A DNA stretch of 64,000 nucleotides from an uncultured Acidobacteriota bacterium. GTDB lineage: Bacteria > Acidobacteriota > Terriglobia > UBA7540. Under the pieces are notes generated by a model. That model saw only the letters and a list, made by a program, of their open reading frames with translations, did no database searches and was not told the DNA's origin. The stretch spans positions 1,056,001 through 1,120,000 of the forward strand of contig CAWDSK010000003.1 of the NCBI GenBank assembly GCA_963804995.1. Reading direction: 5' to 3'. This document shows positions 53,301 through 62,008 of this stretch, piece after piece. How positions within the stretch are numbered: the stretch's first letter is position 1; each line of letters begins with the position of its first letter. The position numbers and the translations under genes are program-made.

Positions 53301-54363
53301 GGGGACTCCCATTGGGTCCACCATGCCCGTCACCGGAACACCCTATGCGATTGCAAGCGGCGCTTTTGCCACGGCCCAAGCAACCGTTCAGACATTCCTG
53401 GCGGTGGGTACGTATATGCTGACCGTGCAATACAGTGGTGATGGCAACTACCTGGGGTCCACCTCGCCACCCGCCTATTTAAATGTTACCGACTTCACGG
53501 AGACGGCAAATCCCTCGTCCATCACCATCCCGGTATCCGGGCAGGGCGGGACTTCGACGATCACTCTTACCCCTGTGAACGACTTCTTCGGCACTGTGAA
53601 CCTCAACGTAGCCAGCATCTGTCCGATGGGCACGACCTGCATGGTTTCGCCTTCTTCCGTCTACCTTGCGGGCATTCCGCCCGCGACCGCCACTTTTTCG
53701 ATTACTACTACGGCGAATGTCAGTCCCAGGCTCCCCAATCCGCAACCTAGAGTCCCGCCAGGCTTTTCCCTGCCCTTCGGATGGGTATGGTGGTTGGCAG
53801 GTTTGGTGGCTTTGGCCATGCTGCTAGGCTTGGCTACGGCACAACACTCCCGAGTGGGCTGGGTGTTTGTCGCCGCGGTGCTCGTTGTGGGAGTGTGGGC
53901 GGCCTGCGGTGGTGGAGGTGGTGGAGGTGTGAGCCCGCCACCACCCCCGACACCTGCCATCAGCTTTTCTCCGCCCAATCTTACGTTTGGCGCGCAAAGA
54001 GTGGGCACCACAAGCGCGGGACAGACTGTGACGGTCACCAACACTGGCAACGCCGTGTTGAACATCGTGACCATGGGAATTGGGGGCACGAATCCTTTGG
54101 ACTTCTCCCAGACCACCACGTGTGGCAACAGCTTGGCCGCCAGCGCCAACTGTGTGATCAATGTGACCTTCACGCCGACAGCTCAGGGGGCGCGCAGCGC
54201 CGCAATTGACTTTAATGACAACGCGGGGGTCGGCTCGCAAACGTACAGCTTGAGCGGTACCGCGACTCCGCCCACGACACCACCCGGCACCTATCCAATC
54301 CAAATAAATGCCGTAAGTGGGAACGACGAGCATACCCTGACGATCTCCGTAACCGTGCAGTGA
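50356..54363 (+). CDS. S53 (sedolisin) protease with pro-domain, Ig-like repeats, internal TM pair and terminal Ig-like domain
   Basis: Pro-kumamolisin-like HQWLTPEQFGEQFG; EADLN, AAGDSG, RDIPDVS, GTSAS and GYDLATGLGS motifs. Confidence 0.9.
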   Translation: MKISPSLFTALFSIGMFLLPANVQAETGPVRARVTQPVDMQNLVTLRGNTHPLARTEYDQGVAPDNLAMSRMLLVLQRGKDQESALRQLLDDQQMKSSSRFHQWLTPEQFGEQFGPADADIQAIIDWLTTQGFLVTKVAAGRTVIEFSGTAGLVRQVLGTEIHRYRVNGEDHWANTSDPQIPAALEPVVAGFASLNNFPRKPMHQSLGTFSRSKATGKVQPLFTYEVSGGYYLAVGPTDFATIYNVLPLWNAGTDGSGQTIAVVGETNINIQDVRDFRNMFGLPAKDPIIILNGPDPGINGEEVEADLNVQWSGAVAKGATIDLVVSESTEASAGIDLSALYIVDNNLAPVMSESYGSCEASLGVGGNQFYNTLWEQAAAQGITVLLAAGDSGSAGCDSAIAGETIARYGLAVSGLASTPFNVAVGGTDFNDANNPTTYWSLTNTLPSQSSVKSYIPESTWNDSCAASGSLTGCSPPPNSDYLSQGFYLVAGGGGPSSCINPTGTFPSVTCSGSYPKPSWQSGLGVPNDGARDIPDVSLFAGNGLNYSFYVICQMDANASAGGDSSSCDLNSPYTDFQGGSGTSASTQTFAGIMALVNQRYGRQGNANYVLYPMAAKSGASCNSNPANVTNSSCVFYDVTVGNNSVICLLGSPNCSSAPTQYGIMISGNPAAAAYPATPGYDLATGLGSVNVANLINNWTSVSFTASTTTLSLSTNPATNPISLTHGQPINFTIQVISGSGTPAGDVSLIAQTSTSQSTGIGPFTLGGGSVSGATVMLPGGNYTVTAHYAGNGTFAASDSSPGIQVTVGKESSLTSAELVTFNANTGAPSYGVTTTPYGSPYALRMNVTNSSGQPCASPVTGLIAYPCPTGALTVSPAPTDENPPPGTVPGHYALNSQGYAEDIPIQLLPGTYPFVASYTGDNSYNSSISPSIPITITQAPTTIGITAPASVAGPNEVSLTATITTLSNGVGPTGTVQFFNAGTPIGSTMPVTGTPYAIASGAFATAQATVQTFLAVGTYMLTVQYSGDGNYLGSTSPPAYLNVTDFTETANPSSITIPVSGQGGTSTITLTPVNDFFGTVNLNVASICPMGTTCMVSPSSVYLAGIPPATATFSITTTANVSPRLPNPQPRVPPGFSLPFGWVWWLAGLVALAMLLGLATAQHSRVGWVFVAAVLVVGVWAACGGGGGGGVSPPPPPTPAISFSPPNLTFGAQRVGTTSAGQTVTVTNTGNAVLNIVTMGIGGTNPLDFSQTTTCGNSLAASANCVINVTFTPTAQGARSAAIDFNDNAGVGSQTYSLSGTATPPTTPPGTYPIQINAVSGNDEHTLTISVTVQ

Positions 54364-54538
54364 GAATCGGTCGGCGGGAAACTAATGGCCCAGCGCCCCT
54401 CAACCGCCAACTTCCCTTTCATCCTTTCGAGGCCCCGGCCGCAGAATACCGACCACTTGAATTCAAAATATAAAGTTTCGCCGCGGCTCCCTTGCGGTTA
54501 CAATCGGAGGTGGCCCGAAGCCGCCCACGAGGTGGGAA

Positions 54539-54838
54539 ATGGTAACCCGAGATCAGGTGTTCGAGGTTTTACACAATTGCTACGACCCGGAGATCCCCGT
54601 CAATCTGGTTGACCTGGGGCTGATCTACGATGTCAAGATTGATGACGATCGCGTGAACGTAGTGATGACGCTCACCGCCCGGGGTTGCCCTGCGCATAGT
54701 TTCATCAGTGAGGACGTGCGCGCGCGTGTGGCACAGATTCCTGGCGTCAAGTCGACCCAGGTGCAAGTGGTGTGGGACCCGCCCTGGGACCCCAGCCGCA
54801 TGACCGACGTCGCCAGGAAACGCCTCGGCCTCGGTTGA
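54539..54838 (+). CDS. DUF59 (SufT/PaaD-like) Fe-S assembly factor
   Basis: DPEIPVNLVDLGLIY, MTLTARGCP and WDPPW motifs. Confidence 0.92.
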   Translation: MVTRDQVFEVLHNCYDPEIPVNLVDLGLIYDVKIDDDRVNVVMTLTARGCPAHSFISEDVRARVAQIPGVKSTQVQVVWDPPWDPSRMTDVARKRLGLG

Positions 54839-55245
54839 CGACAGCCACCCCCTGTATCCAGAGGGGAATTCACAAACAATTTGTTGCCCCTCCTGCGTTT
54901 TTGGGCTACCGGTAGCCCAAATCGTACGCCGACGTTTTGACCATCGCCTGGGGATTATTGTTAACCTGAAAAGTGGAAGTAATAGTGTGCTGGCGATACC
55001 GAAGGGAGCACCTCGCGTTGCGGATGGACGGCTGGTGATGAACGGGTGCGAGGGCCGAAAATGGAGCCTCGTCAGGACGCGTTAAGCAAGACTCCTGCCC
55101 CCTTCGGGCGTCAGTGCTGACCCGACTCTTACCGACCTGACTCGCCCGTGACACACCTCAAAAGCAGTAACAAGTGACAAGTGACGAGAACCCTGCCGTG
55201 ACAGCGGCAATTCTCAAGACCCCAATCGACTCACCCCAACCATGA

Positions 55246-56090
55246 CACACTCCCCCGTATCGGTTATCGGCAGTGTCAGGTAATAAGGTGAATTAAATGC
55301 TGATTTCGAAAATCGCCAATCACAAATCGGCCGATCATCCCATGATTTGACGACTCGATGCTAAGTGCCCTGACGAGGTATAAGGTATGAGCGATGAGTA
55401 AGGAGTGCCTGCAGTCGCAAAAGCACCCAATCAGCAAATGTTTCGATGAACCGATGGCCCGATCCCTCTGTGCACACTCCCCCGCATCGGATATCGGTGG
55501 GCTCAATGCCGCGGATGAGGCGAATTAAGGGCCCTGACAAACAGCTTGCCCCCTCACCCGTCCCGCGCCGGCTGATGAAGACGCCGGCCGCGGTCCACCC
55601 TCTCCCCTCGGAGAGGGCTATGGATCTTCGCCTTGTGCTCATGAACCGATGCGCAGCCCCCCCACCGACCCTCGGCCCCGCCGTGGCACTCCCCCACATC
55701 GGTTATCGGTGGTATCAGGTAAGAAGATGAATCAAATGCCGACTTCGAAAACCGAAAATCACAAATCGCCATTCGCAAATGACCTGATCGCCCGATCTCC
55801 CGACCCTCAGCCCCCGCCGGCCCACACTCCCCCGCATCGGTTATCGGCGGGTTCGACGCCAAGGATGAGGCAAATTGAAGGGCCCATGACACGCGCCCTG
55901 ACCCCTCACCCGTCGTGCTCCGGCTGGTGAAAGCGCCGGCAGCACGCCACCCTCTCCCCTCGGAGAGGGCTATGAATTTTCGCCTTGGGCTGATGAAGCG
56001 ATCGCCAGATCAACCGATCTCCCGATCCTCAGCCCCCGCGCGGGCCACACTTCCCCGTTTCGGTTATCGGCCGAAACTCGCGCAACTTGA
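55246..56090 (-). repeat. array of five bipartite motifs TCA-N17/18-CCGATAWCCGA..GGGGRAGTG (sixth copy at 46421-46466)
   Basis: Plus-strand cores CACTYCCCC....TCGGWTATCGG at about 55246, 55473, 55687, 55823 and 56046. Confidence 0.85.
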
Positions 56091-56149
56091 GACCAAGTAC
56101 TGGCCACGCGGGTGGGGCAACGCTGATCAGCGCTGTCCCAAATGCGGCC

Positions 56150-57301
56150 CTAACCCGTGAACTCGCGCAGGTGCCATTTGGGATCGAACAGGTTGAAGAG
56201 TCCTGGTTTGAAAGGATGTTCCTTAATCAAGGCTTCGTTGAGGGAGATGCCAAGCCCGGGCCCTTGGGGGGGATCGAAGTAACCGTCCTTCGGGCGCGGC
56301 GCTCCGGGCACAGCCTCCAGAACCCAACTTTCCGAAAAGTCGTCGAAGCATTCCTGCACTTTAACGTTGGTTGTGCAGAAATCAAAATGCAGGCTTGCCG
56401 CCGTCGAAACCGGGCCGTTGGAGTTGTGTGGAGCCATCAGCATATTGCGAGCGTCCGCCATGGCCGCGATTTTTTTCATATCCAGCAGCCCCCCGGCATG
56501 AATAACGTCCGCTTGCAGGATGTCCGGGGCGCCGGATTCAATCACTTCTCGAAAACCATGATGGGTGTAATAGCGTTCGCCGGTGGCGACAGGAATCCGG
56601 ACGTGCTCGGAGACTTTTTTAAGCGAAGGAATATCTTCAGGCGGGCAAGGCTCTTCGATCCAGCCAGGATGAGAGGGCTCGAGGTGCCGCGCGATCTCAA
56701 TGGCAGTCGCAGCGCTGAAGCGCCCATGCATTTCGACAAAGATTTCAACGTCGGGGCCGACAGCGTCGCGGATGGCCGCCACCAAATCCACCGAGCGGGT
56801 CATCTCGGCGCGCGAAAGTTCCAAGTCGCCGGCACCGAAAGGGTCAACCTTGAGCGCCTTATAACCTTTCTGCAATACTACTTTGACACGCTTGGCAAAT
56901 TCCTCCGGCTTCCGTTCCACCGTGTACCAGGCATTGGCGTAAGCCTTGATTTTCTCGTGGCAGCGGCCGCCCAGCAGCCTCCAAATAGGCTGGCCAAGGG
57001 CCTTGCCGATGATATCCCAGCAGGCGATTTCGATTCCGCTCATGGCGGTGGTGGCGATAACTCCGCCGCGCCAGAATTCGTTGCGGTACATGCGCCGCCA
57101 CAGGTCCTCAACATTAAAGGGATCGCTGCCCAGCACGTGACGCCGGACAGCGCCTTCGAGATAACCCAGCAGGCCTTCCTCGCGGTTCTGCAAGGTGCAT
57201 TCGCCGAAACCCACCAGCCCTTCGTCGGTCGTCACCTTCAGGAAAATCAGATTGCGCCAGCTCGTTCCCATAACCAAGGGCTCAACCGCCGTGATTTTCA
57301 T
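56150..57301 (-). CDS. mandelate racemase/enolase-superfamily acid-sugar dehydratase (galactonate dehydratase-like)
   Basis: SGIEIACWDIIGK, KALKVDPF, EMHGR, IEEP, ATGER and APHN motifs. Confidence 0.9.
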   Translation of the reverse strand: MKITAVEPLVMGTSWRNLIFLKVTTDEGLVGFGECTLQNREEGLLGYLEGAVRRHVLGSDPFNVEDLWRRMYRNEFWRGGVIATTAMSGIEIACWDIIGKALGQPIWRLLGGRCHEKIKAYANAWYTVERKPEEFAKRVKVVLQKGYKALKVDPFGAGDLELSRAEMTRSVDLVAAIRDAVGPDVEIFVEMHGRFSAATAIEIARHLEPSHPGWIEEPCPPEDIPSLKKVSEHVRIPVATGERYYTHHGFREVIESGAPDILQADVIHAGGLLDMKKIAAMADARNMLMAPHNSNGPVSTAASLHFDFCTTNVKVQECFDDFSESWVLEAVPGAPRPKDGYFDPPQGPGLGISLNEALIKEHPFKPGLFNLFDPKWHLREFTG

Positions 57302-57539
57302 AAGCAATTCTCTCCGCGCGAAGACTTCATAAAATGTACACGATTGCCGAGGGGATGTCAGCACGACTGGAAGCAGGATAATCTAACTCAAGAGGGGCAA
57401 GCCGGCAAGACAGGCAGGAACGGGATTCCAAAGGGGAGAAGAAAATCTCGGACCCGCCTGCGAGAAAAAAACGCAGACGGGTCAGTCGGTGCAGCGCCGT
57501 TACTGTGCACGAGCGCATCCGCCGGAGGAATATTAAGTT

Positions 57540-57791
57540 CTATTGATAATACTGCGCGTTCTGGTCGACAAAGGCCGCCAGGTTTTCCGGCACCTCATCC
57601 GCCGCAAAGATCGCCGAGGCCTCACAAACCGGGACGCAAGCGCCACAATCAATGCAATTGACGGGGTCGATGAAAAGCTGCGAAACCTCTGCAAACTTGG
57701 CTTCATCCTTACGGGGATGGATGCAATCCACGGGGCAAACGTCAATGCATTTCTCATCCTTCGTGCAAGTTTCAGTGATAATGAAAGCCAT
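57540..57791 (-). CDS. dicluster ferredoxin
   Basis: CTKDEKCIDVCPVDCI and CIDCGACVPVC motifs. Confidence 0.92.
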   Translation of the reverse strand: MAFIITETCTKDEKCIDVCPVDCIHPRKDEAKFAEVSQLFIDPVNCIDCGACVPVCEASAIFAADEVPENLAAFVDQNAQYYQ

Positions 57792-58033
57792 GATTAAGCT
57801 CTCCTCCTATGAATTTGTGGTTGCCCAAGCCGCGCAAAGAATAGGCGCAGACCAAGGAATTCTTAACATCACGAGCATTACGTCGGTGCAATTTGTGCGC
57901 CAAAAACCGGTGTCCTTTTTGTCGCTTGCGACAGCCCGGAAAGCGGCTCTGGGCAAAATAGATGGATTGAAAGACTCAGCCTCGGGGGCAAATTGCCCAA
58001 CCCCGGGGTCGGGATTGCCATCACTCGGCAAGC

Positions 58034-58123
58034 GGTAGTGGCGCAGTTTGGCATTTTGTAGCGTCGATCTCCGATCGACGGCGGCGGTCGGAGACCGCCG
58101 CTACAGCAAACTGCACCACTACC
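58034..58123. mobile_element. MITE-like element with a REP core
   Basis: Ends GGTAGTGGCGCAGTTTG / CAAACTGCACCACTACC. Confidence 0.7.
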
Positions 58124-58341
58124 CGGCAAGCGCAACCCTTTTCCAGAGGAGGGCTCAACTGGTAGAATAAGGAATGAAAGTTCACCCGGCATGCCGATCC
58201 CGCAGCGCGGGGCCGCCATCGCAGTTTTGGTGAAGAACCGTGCGTCCCCGATAGCTTGCCGGGATGGTGGTAGGGGACAAGCAGGCCCCAGAGGCGTATG
58301 GCGGGGTGGACCCGTGAGCTTCCCGAGAGAGAAAACTTAAC

Positions 58342-59097
58342 TTGTCTTTGCCCAATGCTCAACCCCCAGACTCGCCCCTGAACAACCCCTCGTGGAAAGC
58401 CGAAGTGCTTATGCCCGGGAGCTGGCGGGGGGCCACGTGTGCGCTGCTCTCCAAGGGCCACCACCACATCCTGATCGACACCGGCATGCCCCACGAAGCG
58501 CATCGCCTGATCGAAACCCTGGAAGAGCGCAACCTCCACCCCTCAGATATTCGAATGGTCATCAACACCCATTTTCATGTTGACCATGTAATGAACAACA
58601 GCCTCTTTCCGGAAAGTGAGATTTACGCCTCGCAACAATCGCATGACTGGTGCTGCGCGGTCTATTCCGATCTGCTGGACAATCAGAACTGGGAAAATTT
58701 GATGCTGAAGTACTACCCGGAAATGATCAATTACGCGGAAACCGAGGAATTCATGGGAACCCTGCGGCGCTTCGCCTTGCGCTGGTGGGACCGCGAGCGC
58801 CTGGGCGACCCCTCCCGCTTCCGCTGGATCGAAACTCACCCCTTGCCGGACAACCTGGAGTTCGTGCTGACTTCCGGCCATGTGCCCGGCCATACCTCAG
58901 TGATCGTTCACAATGGCGATCAGCCCATCATCATCGCGGGTGACGCTGTGTTGAGCCGCGACCACGATGAGAATGTCTTGACCATGATCCCCCACAATCG
59001 CGAGCAGTTTCATCTGGATCGCGAACGCATCCTGGCCGTGCCGGGGCGCATCCTTCCCGGACACGACAACGAGTTTTCAAATCAACATCAAAAGTAG
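58342..59097 (+). CDS. metallo-beta-lactamase fold hydrolase
   Basis: IDTG, THFHVDH, GHVPGH, AGDA and PGHD motifs. Confidence 0.9.
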   Translation: MSLPNAQPPDSPLNNPSWKAEVLMPGSWRGATCALLSKGHHHILIDTGMPHEAHRLIETLEERNLHPSDIRMVINTHFHVDHVMNNSLFPESEIYASQQSHDWCCAVYSDLLDNQNWENLMLKYYPEMINYAETEEFMGTLRRFALRWWDRERLGDPSRFRWIETHPLPDNLEFVLTSGHVPGHTSVIVHNGDQPIIIAGDAVLSRDHDENVLTMIPHNREQFHLDRERILAVPGRILPGHDNEFSNQHQK

Positions 59098-59149
59098 TTC
59101 CCCCTCTATCAACTGGGAGAATAGGCGACTTCCACTCCCTCACATGAGG

Positions 59150-59259
59150 GGTAGTGGTGCAGTTTGATGGTGTAGCGGCGAGTTTACCTCGCCATATGGC
59201 GGCGTCCCGTTCGGATCGGGATGAATGCCGCCGCCTCTACGTCAAACTGCACCACTACC
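59150..59259. mobile_element. MITE-like element with a different REP core
   Basis: Ends GGTAGTGGTGCAGTTTGA / TCAAACTGCACCACTACC. Confidence 0.7.
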
Positions 59260-59383
59260 ATATAAGGGATTGACTTTCGTTCCAAGTTCAACGAGTATAA
59301 AAATGACCAGTCGGTCACTTGGTAGTTGAAACAGAGTAGTTTAAGCAGCTTCGCGAAAATGCTCCCGCACTACGGAGAACAGG

Positions 59384-59794
59384 GTGGGATCAGACGGCTC
59401 GCAACGCAAGGTTCTGATCGTTGAGGATGAACCCTCCATCCGCAACGTGCTGTACGTATTGCTTGCCGGACACGGTTGCGAGGGCATGGTTGCCCACGAC
59501 TCGCGCCATGCACTCTCGATGATCCGTCAAGACAGTTTCGATGCGGTGCTTTTGGATCTTCGCTGCACGAACCTGGTTCCCGACCAGATGGTTGCAGCCA
59601 TCACCGAACTCCGGCCCAGCCTGGTGGGGCGCGTCCTGGTCATCACCGGAGAGGTCAACGACCCCAACACGCTCGCCATGCTGGAGCGCCACGCCTTGCC
59701 CCACGTCCCGCGCAACCGCGTCGTGGTGGAGCTTTGGGACCGGCTCAAAATTTTGCTGGGTCTCAGTCCCTCACGCGCCGATTCAACTTCCTGA
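59384..59794 (+). CDS. single-domain response regulator receiver
   Basis: VLIVEDE, VLLDL and VITG motifs. Confidence 0.85.
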   Translation: MGSDGSQRKVLIVEDEPSIRNVLYVLLAGHGCEGMVAHDSRHALSMIRQDSFDAVLLDLRCTNLVPDQMVAAITELRPSLVGRVLVITGEVNDPNTLAMLERHALPHVPRNRVVVELWDRLKILLGLSPSRADSTS

Positions 59795-59824
59795 ATGGCT
59801 GGCGCCCAGGCTTCTCTTCCCGCC

Positions 59825-60667
59825 TTATAGCTTGACGGTTCCCACGTAGTCCGCCAGAGCCTCCTGCCAAGGACGAGGCAGCGCGAAGCCGGCCGCTCGC
59901 AAGGCGCTCATTTCCATTACTGCATATTTCAGGCGGGGGACTCGCCGGCCCATCAGGGCATCCGGCACACCCATCACCTTTTCAGGATTCAAGCCAGCCA
60001 GTTCCACCGCCCGGCGCGCCAACTCATAGCGCGTGCATGAGCCTTGGTTCGACAGGTGATAGAGCCCGTGAGGGCCGGCCTCAACCACCTCCAGAATTTT
60101 CATCCCGGCATCCACCGTATGCGTGGCAGAGCCCAATTGGTCGCTTGCCACAACGTATTCGCCGCCCGACGCCACTTTGCGAATTCCCTTTTCCACGAAG
60201 TTGATTTTCCCCGGACCGAACAATACTGAGACGCGAAAGATCCAGTGCTTCGGCAAAGCCTTTACGGCCTGCTCGGCTTGTAGCTTGGTCCGACCGTAAA
60301 CGGTGAGTGGCCGCGGCTGATCGCTTTCTACGTAGGGGGCCGACTTCATACCATCAAAGACCGAGTCCGTTGAAATATGCGCGACCCCTGCCCCCAACTG
60401 GCGTGCCGCTTCCACCACGTTGCGGGCGCCATGATAATTCACTTGAAAACCTCGCGCGGGGTCGGCCTCGCAAATATCGAGATCCGGGATTCCGGCTGGA
60501 TGTACCACCAGGTCGGGCCTGACCCGCTCCAGAGCAGCACGGACGGCCTCCCCATCGGTGATGTCAGCATCGGCATGGGTCAGGGGAAAAACTTCATGAC
60601 GCGTGGAGAAAGCCACGACCAGTCCGTGCCCAAACAGTCCCGCCGCGCCTGTGATAGCAACTCGCAT
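59825..60667 (-). CDS. rfbD: dTDP-4-dehydrorhamnose reductase
   Basis: ITGAAGLFG, ISTDSVFDG, YGRTK and DQLGS motifs. Confidence 0.88.
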   Translation of the reverse strand: MRVAITGAAGLFGHGLVVAFSTRHEVFPLTHADADITDGEAVRAALERVRPDLVVHPAGIPDLDICEADPARGFQVNYHGARNVVEAARQLGAGVAHISTDSVFDGMKSAPYVESDQPRPLTVYGRTKLQAEQAVKALPKHWIFRVSVLFGPGKINFVEKGIRKVASGGEYVVASDQLGSATHTVDAGMKILEVVEAGPHGLYHLSNQGSCTRYELARRAVELAGLNPEKVMGVPDALMGRRVPRLKYAVMEMSALRAAGFALPRPWQEALADYVGTVKL

Positions 60668-60671
60668 GGTC

Positions 60672-61217
60672 CTAGGGTTTGGCTCCTTCCTTCTTCTCAA
60701 GCTCCGCGACGTACTCGCGCAACTTCGTTGCCACACGCTGGGCGATCTGGTCAGGAGTCATATCTTTGGCATAGATCTCGGTCTCGGGCCCGGCCGGAGG
60801 CTCCGGGTCATCCGGCTTCCTTTTGCGGTCCAGAATATTCACCTGCCAGAGCGGTTGGTCGGTCACCCAATCGACCACTGTGAAGGAAACTGCCGGCAAA
60901 TCGGTTTTTCTCCGCGACAAGGGAGTGCGCCGGTCTTCACCCTTGGGCACGGGAACCCCATCGCGCTTCCCCCATTGGGTTTCCTTCTCGGGTTTATAGG
61001 ACTTGAGAATCAAGTTCACGCCCTCCGAGTTGGCCGTGACCTGATATTTCCCCCACTGGCGTAGATCGTCAATAAGATAAGTATCCAAGCCCTGCGGCAT
61101 GGGGGCGACGTAGATCAGTTTTCCTGTGAGCAGCGGATTGGGCCGTGGTTTCGGGGCTTGCACTGGGGTGAGTGCAGGCGCCGTGATAAGCAAAAATAGA
61201 AGAATCCACCGGAACAT
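60672..61217 (-). CDS. hypothetical exported protein
   Basis: Signal peptide MFRWILLFLLITAPALT; GGAGG RBS; abuts rfbD. Confidence 0.7.
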   Translation of the reverse strand: MFRWILLFLLITAPALTPVQAPKPRPNPLLTGKLIYVAPMPQGLDTYLIDDLRQWGKYQVTANSEGVNLILKSYKPEKETQWGKRDGVPVPKGEDRRTPLSRRKTDLPAVSFTVVDWVTDQPLWQVNILDRKRKPDDPEPPAGPETEIYAKDMTPDQIAQRVATKLREYVAELEKKEGAKP

Positions 61218-61302
61218 AGACAGTCACCTCCCTAGGCTCGTGAGACACCACCGCCGCGAAGCCCTGTCAACCTGCGACTCTTCAACCTTTCAAACCATTC
61301 CT

Positions 61303-61785
61303 TCACGCCAGCTTTTTCAGCTCCGCGAGAATCTCAGAGTTCTCCGGTTGCTCCCTCAGCTCGTAAATCTTCGACCATGCGATCTTGCCCGCCCTGTCGA
61401 CGATAAATACCGCACGGTCGTTGATAAAGGGAATCTGGTGCTTGGTGGGCGGAAACACTCCGTAGGATGCGGCCGTATCGGCATAGGGCCAGCGGTCCGC
61501 CCCCAGCGGGAATTTCAGCCCGCCGAGTTGCTTCTGGAAAGCGATGTGGGAAAAAACCGTGTCCGTTGAGACGCCCAGAACCTGGGCGTTCAAGCCGGCA
61601 AACTTGGCGAGATCCGCCTGGAATGCCGACAGTTCGTTCTGTCAAACCGGTGTGAAATCGAGCGCGTAAAAAGCCAGCACGATGTTCTTATCGCGGTTAG
61701 CGGAAAGCTCAAACTCTCCTTGCAACTCGGCTGTGGAGCAAGGAATTTTGAAATCCGGGGCCGCGTCTCCAACCTTCAACGCCAT
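61303..61785 (-). CDS. selenocysteine-containing peroxiredoxin (AhpC/TSA family)
   Basis: MALKVGDAAPDF..FYALDFTPV-TGA-QNEL..VLGVSTD..DRAVFIVD. The TGA (61642-61644) occupies the peroxidatic Cys position and is followed by a hairpin. Confidence 0.88.
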
Positions 61786-62008
61786 ACAGACCTCCATCCC
61801 TCAACAGGAATTTGCCCGCACGTCGGTATAACCAGGCGCGCTGACCTTCGAAACTTAGGGTTGCCCAGAAGTTAACTCTGGAATTCTAACCGAGGATCAA
61901 GGCAAAAGAAAGGGACAACGCGGAGAGAGGTAATGCACAAAACACCTCTCTCCCCGCGCGTTCATGACGATCCTGAAAGAGACTTGCGGCTCGTGAGTCC
62001 TGACTCCC

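Noticed and set aside
54995..55080. Glycine riboswitch or hammerhead ribozyme
   Set aside because: Only fragments (CCGAAGG..TCAGG; TGATGA..GAAA) are present; the required core and stems are not.
55246..56090. CRISPR array
   Set aside because: Intervening segments are about 110-200 nt and resemble each other (A-B-A-B), the repeats are degenerate, and there are no cas genes.
56087..57661. 524-aa plus-strand ORF (similarly 35647-36987 and 6842-8140)
   Set aside because: Antisense to well-supported genes or running through repeats; typical of GC-rich DNA.
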